Shown here: in pieces, positions 52,663 to 61,977 of the stretch
How positions within the stretch are numbered: the stretch's first letter is position 1
Layout: each line of letters begins with the position of its first letter
Source of the DNA: Candidatus Omnitrophota bacterium
GTDB taxonomy: Bacteria > Omnitrophota > Gorgyraeia > Gorgyraeales > Gorgyraeaceae
DNA length: 64,000 bases
Reading direction: 5' to 3'
Assembly: GCA_030649895.1 (NCBI GenBank)
Contig: JAUSEX010000052.1
Span: 16,988-80,987, forward strand
The notes under the pieces: generated by a model
Database searches by the model: none
What the model was told of the DNA's origin: nothing
Seen by the model: the letters and a program-made list of their open reading frames with translations, nothing else
Program-made: the position numbers and the translations under genes

Positions 52663-53587
52663 TTGAAGTTAAAGCCGCTAATTTTGTTTTAAAACGACTC
52701 CCTGTAATCACCTTTGTTTTAAAGGTATTAAAATTATCCCTGCCGGAAATAGTTATGCGTCCAATCTGCATAGGATTTTTGCCTTTAAGCGACGACTCCC
52801 ATACAGCTGTAAAGGCAACTTTAAATCCTAATTCCTTTAATATCTGTTCGTGAATTTTATTAAAATTATCGCGCCTGCCATAAGGGTACGCAAATACCTT
52901 CGGCGCAATTCCAAGTTTATCCTCAATAATCGTCTTAGATAAAGCAATTTCATTACGTGCCTCCTCAGGATCCATGTTCGCCAAATTAACATGATTATGC
53001 GTATGGGCGCCAAAGGTAATACCGTCTTCTGACATCTTTTTAATTTCTTGCCAATCCAGAATTGAACGCCCGCCTTCATTTGTATTCACCTTAAGGCCGC
53101 TGCGCAACGCATCTAAAGCTAAACTTAATTCCGGCAAAGTAAGTCCCTCCAGGATAGATGCCAATCTTTGGAATGCCTGGACTTGATTTTTTAGATTGAC
53201 TGCCTGTCCGTTGAATTTAAAATTTTCAAGTTTGGTTTCCGAAAGATATCGGTACAATTCTTCCCACCAAAATGCCTTATCTTTTCCTATAAAAGCAGTT
53301 GACAGAAAAACCGTTGCGCTGATATGGTATTTTTTTAGAACCGGGAAAACTATATCATAAAAACTTGCCATTCCATCGTCAAATGTCAAAAGGATACATC
53401 GAGACTTAAAAGACTGCCTGTTTTCAACGTGGATTAAAAACTCATCGAGTGAAATAACCTTAAATCTTTCTGTTAGATATTTTATTTGCCGTTCGAAATC
53501 ATCGGCGGAAATAACTTTCTCGAATCGTCCGCTAACCAAAGACGCCGCCTCAACCCTGTGATACATCAAGACTTTACAGTTATACAT
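52649..53587 (-). CDS. Polysaccharide deacetylase family protein.
   Basis: ILLTFDDGMASFYD ... GAHTHNHVNL are NodB motifs. Confidence 0.8.
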   Translation of the reverse strand: MYNCKVLMYHRVEAASLVSGRFEKVISADDFERQIKYLTERFKVISLDEFLIHVENRQSFKSRCILLTFDDGMASFYDIVFPVLKKYHISATVFLSTAFIGKDKAFWWEELYRYLSETKLENFKFNGQAVNLKNQVQAFQRLASILEGLTLPELSLALDALRSGLKVNTNEGGRSILDWQEIKKMSEDGITFGAHTHNHVNLANMDPEEARNEIALSKTIIEDKLGIAPKVFAYPYGRRDNFNKIHEQILKELGFKVAFTAVWESSLKGKNPMQIGRITISGRDNFNTFKTKVITGSRFKTKLAALTSNAIN

Positions 53588-53591
53588 TTCA

Positions 53592-54395
53592 TCAAAGTAT
53601 ATTTTTAAATAAAAGCTTTGCCATGTTAATATAAATTTTTACTAACCGAATAATAATCTGTAAAAAATCAAAAAAACTCTTTTTTCTATATTCTTTGAAA
53701 TTCTGCTTTACTACCCTGATTTCGCTGTTTCGCTGATTCCAGATATCCGAACTTATATTCTTGGAATGCAATGTATACTCACCCAGCATTTCATTAAGAA
53801 AATAAAAATTATATTTCTGTGAAAGCCTAAGCCAAAGATCATAATCTTCTACCGCAAAAAAATCCCTGCGTTCATTAAATAAACCCACGTCAAACAAGGC
53901 GTTGCGCTTGACCACTGTTGCCGAAGGCGACAGGCAATTACCTTTATACAATAATCTTCTGAACATTTCAGAAGTATACGGGCCATAAGATGAATATCCC
54001 TTATCTCCTGACTTATCCCTTATTAATTCATTATGACATACTAAACAGACTTCAGGATGCTGCTCAAATATTTCATAACATTTTTTTAATTTTTCAGGGT
54101 ACCATATATCATCACCATCCAAAAAAGCAACATATCTTCCTTTAGAATATTTTATCCCATTATTCCTGGCAATCGCTGGCAACCCGCTATTATCCTGGAA
54201 ATAGTATCTAAGCCTTGAGTCTTTGAAGCTTTCCACAACTCGCTTTGTGCCATCAGTAGAGCCATCATCTATGACAATTACTTCATAATCTCCAAAATTC
54301 TGGCATAGCGCAGATTCAAGCGATGACTTAAACAGCTCGCCATTATTATATGTCGGCATAATTACAGAAAAAGTTGGGCTTCTATCGACTGCCAT
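53592..54395 (-). CDS. Glycosyltransferase family 2.
   Basis: FSVIMPTYNNGELFKSSLESALCQNFGDYEVIVIDDGSTDGT ... LDGDD. Confidence 0.9.
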   Translation of the reverse strand: MAVDRSPTFSVIMPTYNNGELFKSSLESALCQNFGDYEVIVIDDGSTDGTKRVVESFKDSRLRYYFQDNSGLPAIARNNGIKYSKGRYVAFLDGDDIWYPEKLKKCYEIFEQHPEVCLVCHNELIRDKSGDKGYSSYGPYTSEMFRRLLYKGNCLSPSATVVKRNALFDVGLFNERRDFFAVEDYDLWLRLSQKYNFYFLNEMLGEYTLHSKNISSDIWNQRNSEIRVVKQNFKEYRKKSFFDFLQIIIRLVKIYINMAKLLFKNIL

Positions 54396-54409
54396 TTAAG
54401 ATATAAATT

Positions 54410-55303
54410 CTACTCTTTTTTAGAATGCGAAAAATCATTATAAACCATGCCCAGTAAGTTGAGTATCCCTTGCCCAAGATCAAAATAAGAACCGCTGACA
54501 ATTTTCCTTGCGATTTTATGTTTAAATGTATAAGGTGTGATCTCGTAATGCTCTTCAAGTCGGGATGCGACATACTCTATATCTATCTTATTACTCATCA
54601 TCTCCCTAATCATTACCAGCAGGTCTTTTATCTTAATTGGCTGATTTCCAGATATAACAACGTAGTCGTTATTATATTGTTCGTCCAACACCTCTACGCT
54701 TATCCTGGCTGCATCGTGCACATGTATATATTCCCGGATTTCCTCCCCATCACCCTTCCTGGTAATCTTATTATCTCTTACTGCCTGTTTTAATATACTG
54801 AATATCCAGTTCCTGTCGTCCGACCTTGGGCCGTATAGCGACCCATAACGCATAATAGTAAAATTTACTCCATAGGCCTTTTGATAATCTTCTATGATTA
54901 ATTCAGAGGCCTGCTTACAGGTGCGGTAGAAAGAACCGGATTTGCTATATACATATATAGACGAGGCAAATAGAAAACGTTTCACGCCGTTTTTCCGACA
55001 GGCGTCAACTATTATAGAATTTCCCAGTATATTCTGTCTAATCGTCTCTATGGGATTAACCTTTGCCTCGTCAATATCTGATATGCCGGCAAAGTTATAA
55101 ACGGCATCAGCGCCTTCTACAACAGCTCCGACTCCTCGAGGATCTAAAATATTCCCTAGCACCATTTCCTGCGACTTCTGTAGGTACGGAGACGGATTTA
55201 AATCATATATAGTAACCTTATATCCTTTTTTAGTAAGCTCGTCGGAAACATGACTACCCAAAAAACCTGAACCACCAAAAACTATAACTTTCATCTTAAT
55301 CAC
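54410..55303 (-). CDS. NAD-dependent epimerase/dehydratase.
   Basis: MKVIVFGGSGFLGSHVSDELTKKGYKVTIYD ... YRTCKQASE (YxxxK). Confidence 0.85.
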   Translation of the reverse strand: MIKMKVIVFGGSGFLGSHVSDELTKKGYKVTIYDLNPSPYLQKSQEMVLGNILDPRGVGAVVEGADAVYNFAGISDIDEAKVNPIETIRQNILGNSIIVDACRKNGVKRFLFASSIYVYSKSGSFYRTCKQASELIIEDYQKAYGVNFTIMRYGSLYGPRSDDRNWIFSILKQAVRDNKITRKGDGEEIREYIHVHDAARISVEVLDEQYNNDYVVISGNQPIKIKDLLVMIREMMSNKIDIEYVASRLEEHYEITPYTFKHKIARKIVSGSYFDLGQGILNLLGMVYNDFSHSKKE

Positions 55304-55959
55304 CTCCTATGTTTTTTGTCTGACTCTATCTCTTGCAGAATATCATGAAGAGAAGTTAAATCCTTTATTATCCAAGGACGATTCTCTAATCTTGAATTTA
55401 AATTTGCCCTCCGTTCAATAAAAACTATACCTGCCTTTTTTGCAGCAATTCGGTCACTCTGCGCATCTCCTATATAAACAACCTCTTCTTTTGCAAAATT
55501 ATAATTTTTTATTATACTAATAACAATATCTACTTTTCCTTTGGGGCTGCCTTGCATCTCTTTAAAGTAACCTTGCAGTCCTTTTTCATTAATAATCTTG
55601 CACAGTTCTTCTTCTGGCGTACCTGAAGCAATGAAAAATTGATATCTGTTTTTATAAACATCCAGAAATTCCCTTGTTCCAGCTACAAAATGGGCATCAA
55701 CAACCTTTTGGAATACAATTTGGGAAAAATGCTTCCCTAATTCTACCTCTGCATCTTTTGAAAGATCTGTTTGCAGAATATGTTCATAGATATGCCTGAA
55801 TTTAATATAACGCGAAATGCCTGCATTTATTAGATGATAATTAATAATTTCTTTGGCCTTTTCTGGATAATCAGAAAAAAGTTCTCTAAAGGCCCCCGTC
55901 TTAATATCAGCTGATTCAATAATTACACCGTCAAAATCAAAAATAATTGCCTTAATCAA
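55300..55959 (-). CDS. HAD-family hydrolase (phosphatase).
   Basis: MIKAIIFDFDGVIIES (DxD motif I) ... IGDAQSDRIAAKKAG (motif IV). Confidence 0.85.
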   Translation of the reverse strand: MIKAIIFDFDGVIIESADIKTGAFRELFSDYPEKAKEIINYHLINAGISRYIKFRHIYEHILQTDLSKDAEVELGKHFSQIVFQKVVDAHFVAGTREFLDVYKNRYQFFIASGTPEEELCKIINEKGLQGYFKEMQGSPKGKVDIVISIIKNYNFAKEEVVYIGDAQSDRIAAKKAGIVFIERRANLNSRLENRPWIIKDLTSLHDILQEIESDKKHRR

Positions 55960-56888
55960 CGCAATACTCCAAATCCTTTCAAAAGATTACTTACTGCTTC
56001 GGTCTCCATCTCGATCCTTGTTTCTTTGGCATAGGAGCCTACATGAGGGGTAAGGATAATATTATCCAAAGCCCTTAACGGCCCTTCATAAGGCTCGTGT
56101 TCAAATACATCTAGCGCAGCTCCTGAAATATGGCCATTCTTAAGGGCATTATAAAGCGCCTGCTCGTCAACCATGCCTCCTCTTGAAAGATTGATAATCA
56201 AGATTCCTTTTTTCATCAATTCTATCTCTGCGTTTCCTATAATGCACTTGCAATTTTTCGAAAGAGACAGGTGTAAGGTAACAATATCAGCCCATTTAAG
56301 AATTTCTTCGAATGTTTTATGGGCACAAGTAAACGAGCAATCTTTCGGCTCTATATCGCAATAAGAAAGCTCTGCGCCGAAAGCAGAAAGCAGCTCGCAA
56401 ACCTTCTGCCCTACAGAACCGAATCCTATTATCCCAACTTTTTTCCCGTAAAGCAAAGCCCCCATCTTTTTTTCCCACTTTCCTTCCCGAACAAGGCGAT
56501 CCATCTGCGTAATTTTTCTAAGTAAATTTAACAGAACGCCTACTGTCAATTCCGCAACAGCCCTTGACGGGATACCCCTGGTATTGTAGACCTTGATTCC
56601 TTTCTTATCTGCGCTTTCCAAATCTATATTGTCTGTGCCGGAACCGCAACGAGAAATCACTCTTAACTTAGGCAAATGCAAGAGCACGTCATTAGTAAAG
56701 GGTTCTGTGCCCGCCACAATGCCTATGGCATTCTTACCCAATTCAATTACTTCTCCAGCATTTAACTTTCTCCCGTATGGATTTAATTTATAACTCAATC
56801 CCTTCTTTTCCATACAATCAAGCGGCGTTCTATCAAATTCCGCAAAAGTGGTTGTGCTGATCAAGACCTCTTTAATATCGCTTTCCAT
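55956..56888 (-). CDS. D-isomer-specific 2-hydroxyacid dehydrogenase (phosphoglycerate dehydrogenase-like).
   Basis: GKKVGIIGFGSVGQKV (NAD-binding) ... catalytic His context ILTPHVGS. Confidence 0.85.
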   Translation of the reverse strand: MESDIKEVLISTTTFAEFDRTPLDCMEKKGLSYKLNPYGRKLNAGEVIELGKNAIGIVAGTEPFTNDVLLHLPKLRVISRCGSGTDNIDLESADKKGIKVYNTRGIPSRAVAELTVGVLLNLLRKITQMDRLVREGKWEKKMGALLYGKKVGIIGFGSVGQKVCELLSAFGAELSYCDIEPKDCSFTCAHKTFEEILKWADIVTLHLSLSKNCKCIIGNAEIELMKKGILIINLSRGGMVDEQALYNALKNGHISGAALDVFEHEPYEGPLRALDNIILTPHVGSYAKETRIEMETEAVSNLLKGFGVLR

Positions 56889-56891
56889 CTT

Positions 56892-58550
56892 TTATCCGCC
56901 TTTCAATAAAAATTTCTTCATCATATCCAAAACCCTCTGATGCGCCTTCCCATCCAATTTATAGAAAGTGGCTTCTATTAAATCCGGCCATTTTTCTTTA
57001 AACCTCCTGAATGCCTCTGGGTGATAAAAAATCATATCTATCGCAGAGTTTAATTCATCGGCATTATAAACTACAGGTCCTGCTTCGATTTCAAAAAATG
57101 TGCTCATGTTAACCGCAACTCCAGTATCAATGCAAATAGACGGGCAGTTCAATGCGATCGCCTCGTCTGCAGTCGTAGAATATGAAGTTACTAGAACATC
57201 CGAACTCAAGATTAACTGGTGGACATCGCCGTTCACAATGCTATAATTCTGAAAACCATATTCAAGAAGTATCGGCTCCAGGGGGCAATTAGAATGGGCC
57301 TTAAAAATAAAAAAGCTGTCGTTTCTGGCTTTAGCCGCCGCAGAAACTATCCTGACTATTTCTATGGTATCTTCTTCTGAATAAGTCGTGGCGACAAGTA
57401 TAATTTTTTTATCCAAAGGGAGTTTTAACTTTATTTCTTCCTTCTTTGCCACGGACAAACTATCAAAGCGCGGGGAACCTGTCAAAAAACACCTCTCTTC
57501 GGGATAGCCGCTTTTAACCAGCAAATCCCTCCCCATCCTTCCCTGGAATACAAAATAATCTGGTATTGGCATGCTGTTTATATAATCATCGCCCTGAAGC
57601 AGTTCTGCCGGATGATAAATATACCAAAGCTTCATAGGAGTAACATTGGCATGCTGATAAGCAATGCTTTTAGCCATGGGATTTCCCCTTTTTAGGCCAT
57701 AATAAATAGCTCGGGACGCAGGATACATCTCCAGAAAAGTTACAATGGCTTTAATTTCATATCTCTTAGCTAATCTTTCAATTGCTTTTGAAAGCAGGAT
57801 ACATTCGCTTATACCAGGCCCTATAAAAGACTGCCTTAACTCGCGCCTAAACAAACCAAATACATTCGTATCTTCAAAACTAAAGCTTTCTTTAAATCCG
57901 CGCCTCGCCTCTATAAAAATATATCTTAAAACATGCCTTATATCAAAAGCCCCAAGGATGTCCTTTATGGTCAAATATCTTTCATAGAAAATAATCCTTT
58001 TATCTTTGAGCTTTCCAATCTCTTTTATCAACTGATAGGCAGAGTTACAATAAAAAGAAATATATTTTGTCTTAAACCCCAACTGGTTTTCTATCTTTTC
58101 GGGTAAGTCCAGATAGTATCTATCGCACAAACGGCCATCTTTATATTTAAGCGTATTGGAATATATGGAAACGAACAATACATATTCATTCCACTGCTTA
58201 TCGGCATCCTCTCTCCTGATAAACAGCCTAAAAACCAGCATTTTCAAAAATATAGATGCCAAAAACCTCACCTTTAATAAAAAGTAATATAAAACATACC
58301 CTTTATAAGAACCATCGCCTGTCCTTGCTGTTATTCCTGCTTTCGAACAATACAGATTTTTAAAAACATCGCTGCTCTCAGAATCCTTTTTCTGCATCTC
58401 GCTTAACCACCAATAAGAAAGGTCATTGTTCAAAACAAACAATTCCCTGAAATTTCTGCCGTTGTATTTAAATCTACCTGACCAGTCAGATATAAAATTT
58501 ATGTATCTTTCCCTGGTTTTTAAAATTATTCCTCTGTCGCGCATTAACAC
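56892..58550 (-). CDS. Putative GT-B-fold polymer-forming transferase (TagF/CDP-glycerol glycerophosphotransferase-like or capsule-synthesis-like).
   Basis: 552 aa. C-terminal ...ILVATTYSEEDTIEIVRIVSAAAKARNDSFFIFKAHSNCPL...VLVTSYSTTADEAIALNCPSICIDTG resembles the TagF/KpsS-type GT-B C-terminal domain. The match is weak. Confidence 0.4.
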   Translation of the reverse strand: MLMRDRGIILKTRERYINFISDWSGRFKYNGRNFRELFVLNNDLSYWWLSEMQKKDSESSDVFKNLYCSKAGITARTGDGSYKGYVLYYFLLKVRFLASIFLKMLVFRLFIRREDADKQWNEYVLFVSIYSNTLKYKDGRLCDRYYLDLPEKIENQLGFKTKYISFYCNSAYQLIKEIGKLKDKRIIFYERYLTIKDILGAFDIRHVLRYIFIEARRGFKESFSFEDTNVFGLFRRELRQSFIGPGISECILLSKAIERLAKRYEIKAIVTFLEMYPASRAIYYGLKRGNPMAKSIAYQHANVTPMKLWYIYHPAELLQGDDYINSMPIPDYFVFQGRMGRDLLVKSGYPEERCFLTGSPRFDSLSVAKKEEIKLKLPLDKKIILVATTYSEEDTIEIVRIVSAAAKARNDSFFIFKAHSNCPLEPILLEYGFQNYSIVNGDVHQLILSSDVLVTSYSTTADEAIALNCPSICIDTGVAVNMSTFFEIEAGPVVYNADELNSAIDMIFYHPEAFRRFKEKWPDLIEATFYKLDGKAHQRVLDMMKKFLLKGG

Positions 58551-58556
58551 ACCTAG

Positions 58557-59408
58557 CTAGGTTTTCCCCTTCAATAACCCCTTCCAATCCATATATCTAG
58601 ACGACCAACGGTTATTCCTTTTAAGGATAAAACCATAAAAACCTTCATAGTCAAATCTCTTCCAGATAGGTTTTGTTATTCTAAAAAAACTTCTTTTCGG
58701 ATATTGCAGATAAATCTTTTCTTCCACAATACTCCATCCGCTATGTTTCAGAATCAGTCTCCAATCCTCCGGGCTGAATTCAAAGATATGCGTATTTTCA
58801 GCGCATACATCTTCCTGGCGGTCTTCTCTAATATGATGCAAGCCAACGCGGCTGGTTTTTAGATATGGGACAGTAACTATTAAATATTCCGCGCCTGTTT
58901 TCAATGACAGCTGATACAGAAAGCTGCAGGGGTCCATTAAATGCTCGAGTGTTTCAAAGCACATGATTATATCAGCCTTTACGCTATACTCATCCAGATC
59001 CTCTATCCTCGCATTAATAGCATCCAGCCCTTTTGCCTTTATCCTTTCGACTGCTTTTGCGTCCAGATTAACACTAAGACATTTTATATCCTTATTCTGC
59101 GCGTTAAGCCCGATAATATACTGCAGATGCGTCCCGCTGGAATCGCCTAAATCAACAATGGTGCAGGCCTGAAATTTTTCTACAATCCTGTTGAAAAGCG
59201 CTATTTGAAACGCGTGCATATTCCGAACCTTGGCCCGCATATATGCGCTATTAAGTTTAAATGTTGAATACTGGCCGCTTATATCAGGCACAACATCCTC
59301 AAGCCTGACCACTAGTTTATCTAAGCCCTGTTCCCTAGCAGCCTTTTTGAGTGAATTCACTAATATAAAAAAGAAAAACTTTCTAAAATAAGCCTTGATC
59401 CGTTTCAT
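58557..59408 (-). CDS. Class I SAM-dependent methyltransferase (putative).
   Basis: TIVDLGDSSGTHLQYI (motif I-like) ... DIIMCFETLEHL. Confidence 0.6.
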   Translation of the reverse strand: MKRIKAYFRKFFFFILVNSLKKAAREQGLDKLVVRLEDVVPDISGQYSTFKLNSAYMRAKVRNMHAFQIALFNRIVEKFQACTIVDLGDSSGTHLQYIIGLNAQNKDIKCLSVNLDAKAVERIKAKGLDAINARIEDLDEYSVKADIIMCFETLEHLMDPCSFLYQLSLKTGAEYLIVTVPYLKTSRVGLHHIREDRQEDVCAENTHIFEFSPEDWRLILKHSGWSIVEEKIYLQYPKRSFFRITKPIWKRFDYEGFYGFILKRNNRWSSRYMDWKGLLKGKT

Positions 59409-60145
59409 TCTCCACCTGAAATTGTTATTATTTCATTTGTTATGAAATTATTCTTGTCTCCACCCAAATGATAGGCCATGTCAGCTATATCTTCAGGCAC
59501 ACCCATCTTTTTTAAAGGTATCATTGCAATGCGTTTTTTCATATCTTTTGGAAATTTTTTATGAAAACTGGTTTTGATTACGCCCGGCCTAATCGTATTA
59601 ACCAGTATATTGTATCTAGCACCTTCTCTGGCAAGATTCTTTGTTAAACCCTCAAGCGCAAGTTTAGAGCTCGCATAATGCATAGAATTGCATGAGCCGC
59701 CATACTTGGCAGAGATAGAGCTTATGCTGACAATCCTTCCAAAGTATTTTTCTTTCATGCGGTCAAATATATTTATAGCTATTAACATGGGGGCAAATAC
59801 ATTTACCATAAACGTATTCTCAATATCAGAGATTGTCAATTTACTAAAATGCCTGCTCGCTGTATAGGTTCCGGCGTTATTGACAAGAGTATCTATATCA
59901 ATTTTCTTAATCCTTTCTATAAAATTCATTAACTGAGCTCTCGATAAAAAATCTGCCTTGAGCAGATGACAGCTGATATTATATTTTTTCAGCGCTTGCT
60001 TTAACCGATTGGCTTTTTCTTCCGAAGAAAAATAATGGCATACTATATCCCATCCCTCTCTTGCGAATCGCAACGCTATCTCCCTGCCTATATCGCTTGT
60101 TGCTCCTGTTATTAAAACAGTTCTGTACGAATGTCTTCTGCTCAT
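59405..60145 (-). CDS. SDR-family oxidoreductase.
   Basis: TVLITGATSDIGREIALRFAREGWDIV ... NNAG ... YASSKLALEG (YxxxK). Confidence 0.9.
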   Translation of the reverse strand: MSRRHSYRTVLITGATSDIGREIALRFAREGWDIVCHYFSSEEKANRLKQALKKYNISCHLLKADFLSRAQLMNFIERIKKIDIDTLVNNAGTYTASRHFSKLTISDIENTFMVNVFAPMLIAINIFDRMKEKYFGRIVSISSISAKYGGSCNSMHYASSKLALEGLTKNLAREGARYNILVNTIRPGVIKTSFHKKFPKDMKKRIAMIPLKKMGVPEDIADMAYHLGGDKNNFITNEIITISGGE

Positions 60146-60157
60146 TATATTGCTCCT

Positions 60158-60898
60158 TTATTTTTTTTCAACAGCACCTTGTTCTCTTATCCAATATTCA
60201 ACCTGGCCAATCTGCCATTTAAAATCCACATCCAAACCTCCCCATTGTTTGAGCGGATATATCCTGCGGCCCATCCATCTCTGAGGCAGCAGTCCTTCTT
60301 TTATATTTTCCAAGCATTTGGGGCGAACTACGGAAACTCCCATATCTGCAAACCAAACATCTCCCTGGGAATCCCTGTCGCAATTTAATCTTTTCAGATC
60401 CCCAAATATCTCAAATGGAATAAAAGGCTCCAAAAGTCCATCCTTGTTAATTCTTCTCGCCCGTAATGGACTCCACATATTGTATCCTGATACGCTAACC
60501 GCAGAATCATAATCAGGATTCTCCCTTAATATCTTTATGCCTGCTGAAATTGTTTGCGATGTAATTGTAGCTGCATTACACATAAGTAAAATAACCAGCT
60601 CTATCTCCTGTTTTTTAACTCTATTTTTTATATAATTATACACATAGATATAAACATCCTCTCCGAGAGCTTCGTCAGTGCGTAACTCAGGTGGCCGCTG
60701 GATGACCTCTATGTTGTTTTCTTTTGCAATCCTCATAAGCTCTTCGTCATCCGTAGAAATATACCTCCTATCAATCTCAGGGCAATTATTAGCTGCTTTC
60801 ATTGGATAATAAGCAAGCGGCTTGCCTAATATCTTATAGATATTCTTCCCTGGAAATCCTTTACTCTCTTTTCTGCCAATTAATATAGCGATAATCAT
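60158..60898 (-). CDS. Acylneuraminate (CMP-nonulosonic acid / CMP-sugar) cytidylyltransferase family.
   Basis: MIIAILIGRKESKGFPGKNIYKILGKPLAYYPM is the CTP_transf_3 N-terminal signature. Confidence 0.75.
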   Translation of the reverse strand: MIIAILIGRKESKGFPGKNIYKILGKPLAYYPMKAANNCPEIDRRYISTDDEELMRIAKENNIEVIQRPPELRTDEALGEDVYIYVYNYIKNRVKKQEIELVILLMCNAATITSQTISAGIKILRENPDYDSAVSVSGYNMWSPLRARRINKDGLLEPFIPFEIFGDLKRLNCDRDSQGDVWFADMGVSVVRPKCLENIKEGLLPQRWMGRRIYPLKQWGGLDVDFKWQIGQVEYWIREQGAVEKK

Positions 60899-61896
60899 GT
60901 TTTTCTTTCCCTTCCCATCAGTTTAAGTATCTCGCTATCCCTGAGATAACAGCCGTCACACGCAAGCACATCATCTGCTCTGCCATCTCTATGGGAATTT
61001 CTTATCTCACTCAATTTTTTTGAACGCCATGCTTTTTTAATAGAACCCTTCATAACATTCCCAAGCATAAGCAATCCATCATCATCATGATTGCAGGGTA
61101 ATATTGTCCCATCCCACCAAACAGCCATTCGCTGCCATATCTGTGAACATGCCCATGGATACCTGACTCCCATCTTTTTATCTTTCATATCCTTATAATC
61201 AAGAAAACCCACTTCATCAGCGCGCTTTGACCAGAATTTCTTGTAGCTATCAAAGGACGCTTCTATGTCTGGAAGCATTACAGTCTGGACTCTTATCTTT
61301 GGATGCTTCACACCATACCTCCTCTTCAATGTCTGCATATTCTCAATATTTGACACCACCTTCTCAAACCCTGAACCGACTCTATATCTCTCATAAATTT
61401 CCTTTGTATGCCCTTCAAAGGAAATTGAAATCCTATCAAGCCCTGTATCAATCAGTTTTTTGGAAATCTCCTCGCTAAGAAGGGCTGCATTGGTATTGAA
61501 ATAGACATCTATAAGCCCCTTTTTTTTAGCATATTCCACAAATCTATGTATCTCGGGATGTAAAAGAGGTTCCCCTCTTAAGCTAAATTTTACCCCGTAC
61601 AAATTATTATCTGCGCCTTCATCAATTATCTTTTTTGCAGTATCTAACTGCATAAATCCCTTTTTTATCTGCGACCCTCTGAATGTAGTAGCGCAAAAAG
61701 AACAGCTTAAATTACAAACGCTGGTTGTCTCAATATCTATGAACAAAGGGAAATCTCCCGTGCAGAACTTTTCAGGCCATTCTTTCCATTTTTCCCTGTA
61801 TTCACTAAACAATACATTATTGCTGCTCAACAGATCTTTTCCGGAAATGCGATGGTAGTTTGAATTAGAATTTACTATTATTTTCTTCATCATCAA
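60895..61896 (-). CDS. Radical SAM protein with a C-terminal SPASM-like Cys-rich domain.
   Basis: ETTSVCNLSCSFCAT (CxxxCxxC). C-terminal ...PCNHDDDG...ACDGCYL (auxiliary-cluster cysteines). Confidence 0.8.
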   Translation of the reverse strand: MMMKKIIVNSNSNYHRISGKDLLSSNNVLFSEYREKWKEWPEKFCTGDFPLFIDIETTSVCNLSCSFCATTFRGSQIKKGFMQLDTAKKIIDEGADNNLYGVKFSLRGEPLLHPEIHRFVEYAKKKGLIDVYFNTNAALLSEEISKKLIDTGLDRISISFEGHTKEIYERYRVGSGFEKVVSNIENMQTLKRRYGVKHPKIRVQTVMLPDIEASFDSYKKFWSKRADEVGFLDYKDMKDKKMGVRYPWACSQIWQRMAVWWDGTILPCNHDDDGLLMLGNVMKGSIKKAWRSKKLSEIRNSHRDGRADDVLACDGCYLRDSEILKLMGRERKT

Positions 61897-61977
61897 AAAC
61901 CTTCTATCGTTTAACAGCTATAAAATTTGGCTTCTTATTTAACTGAATCATTCTGCTTTACCTGGTTTCCCATATCT

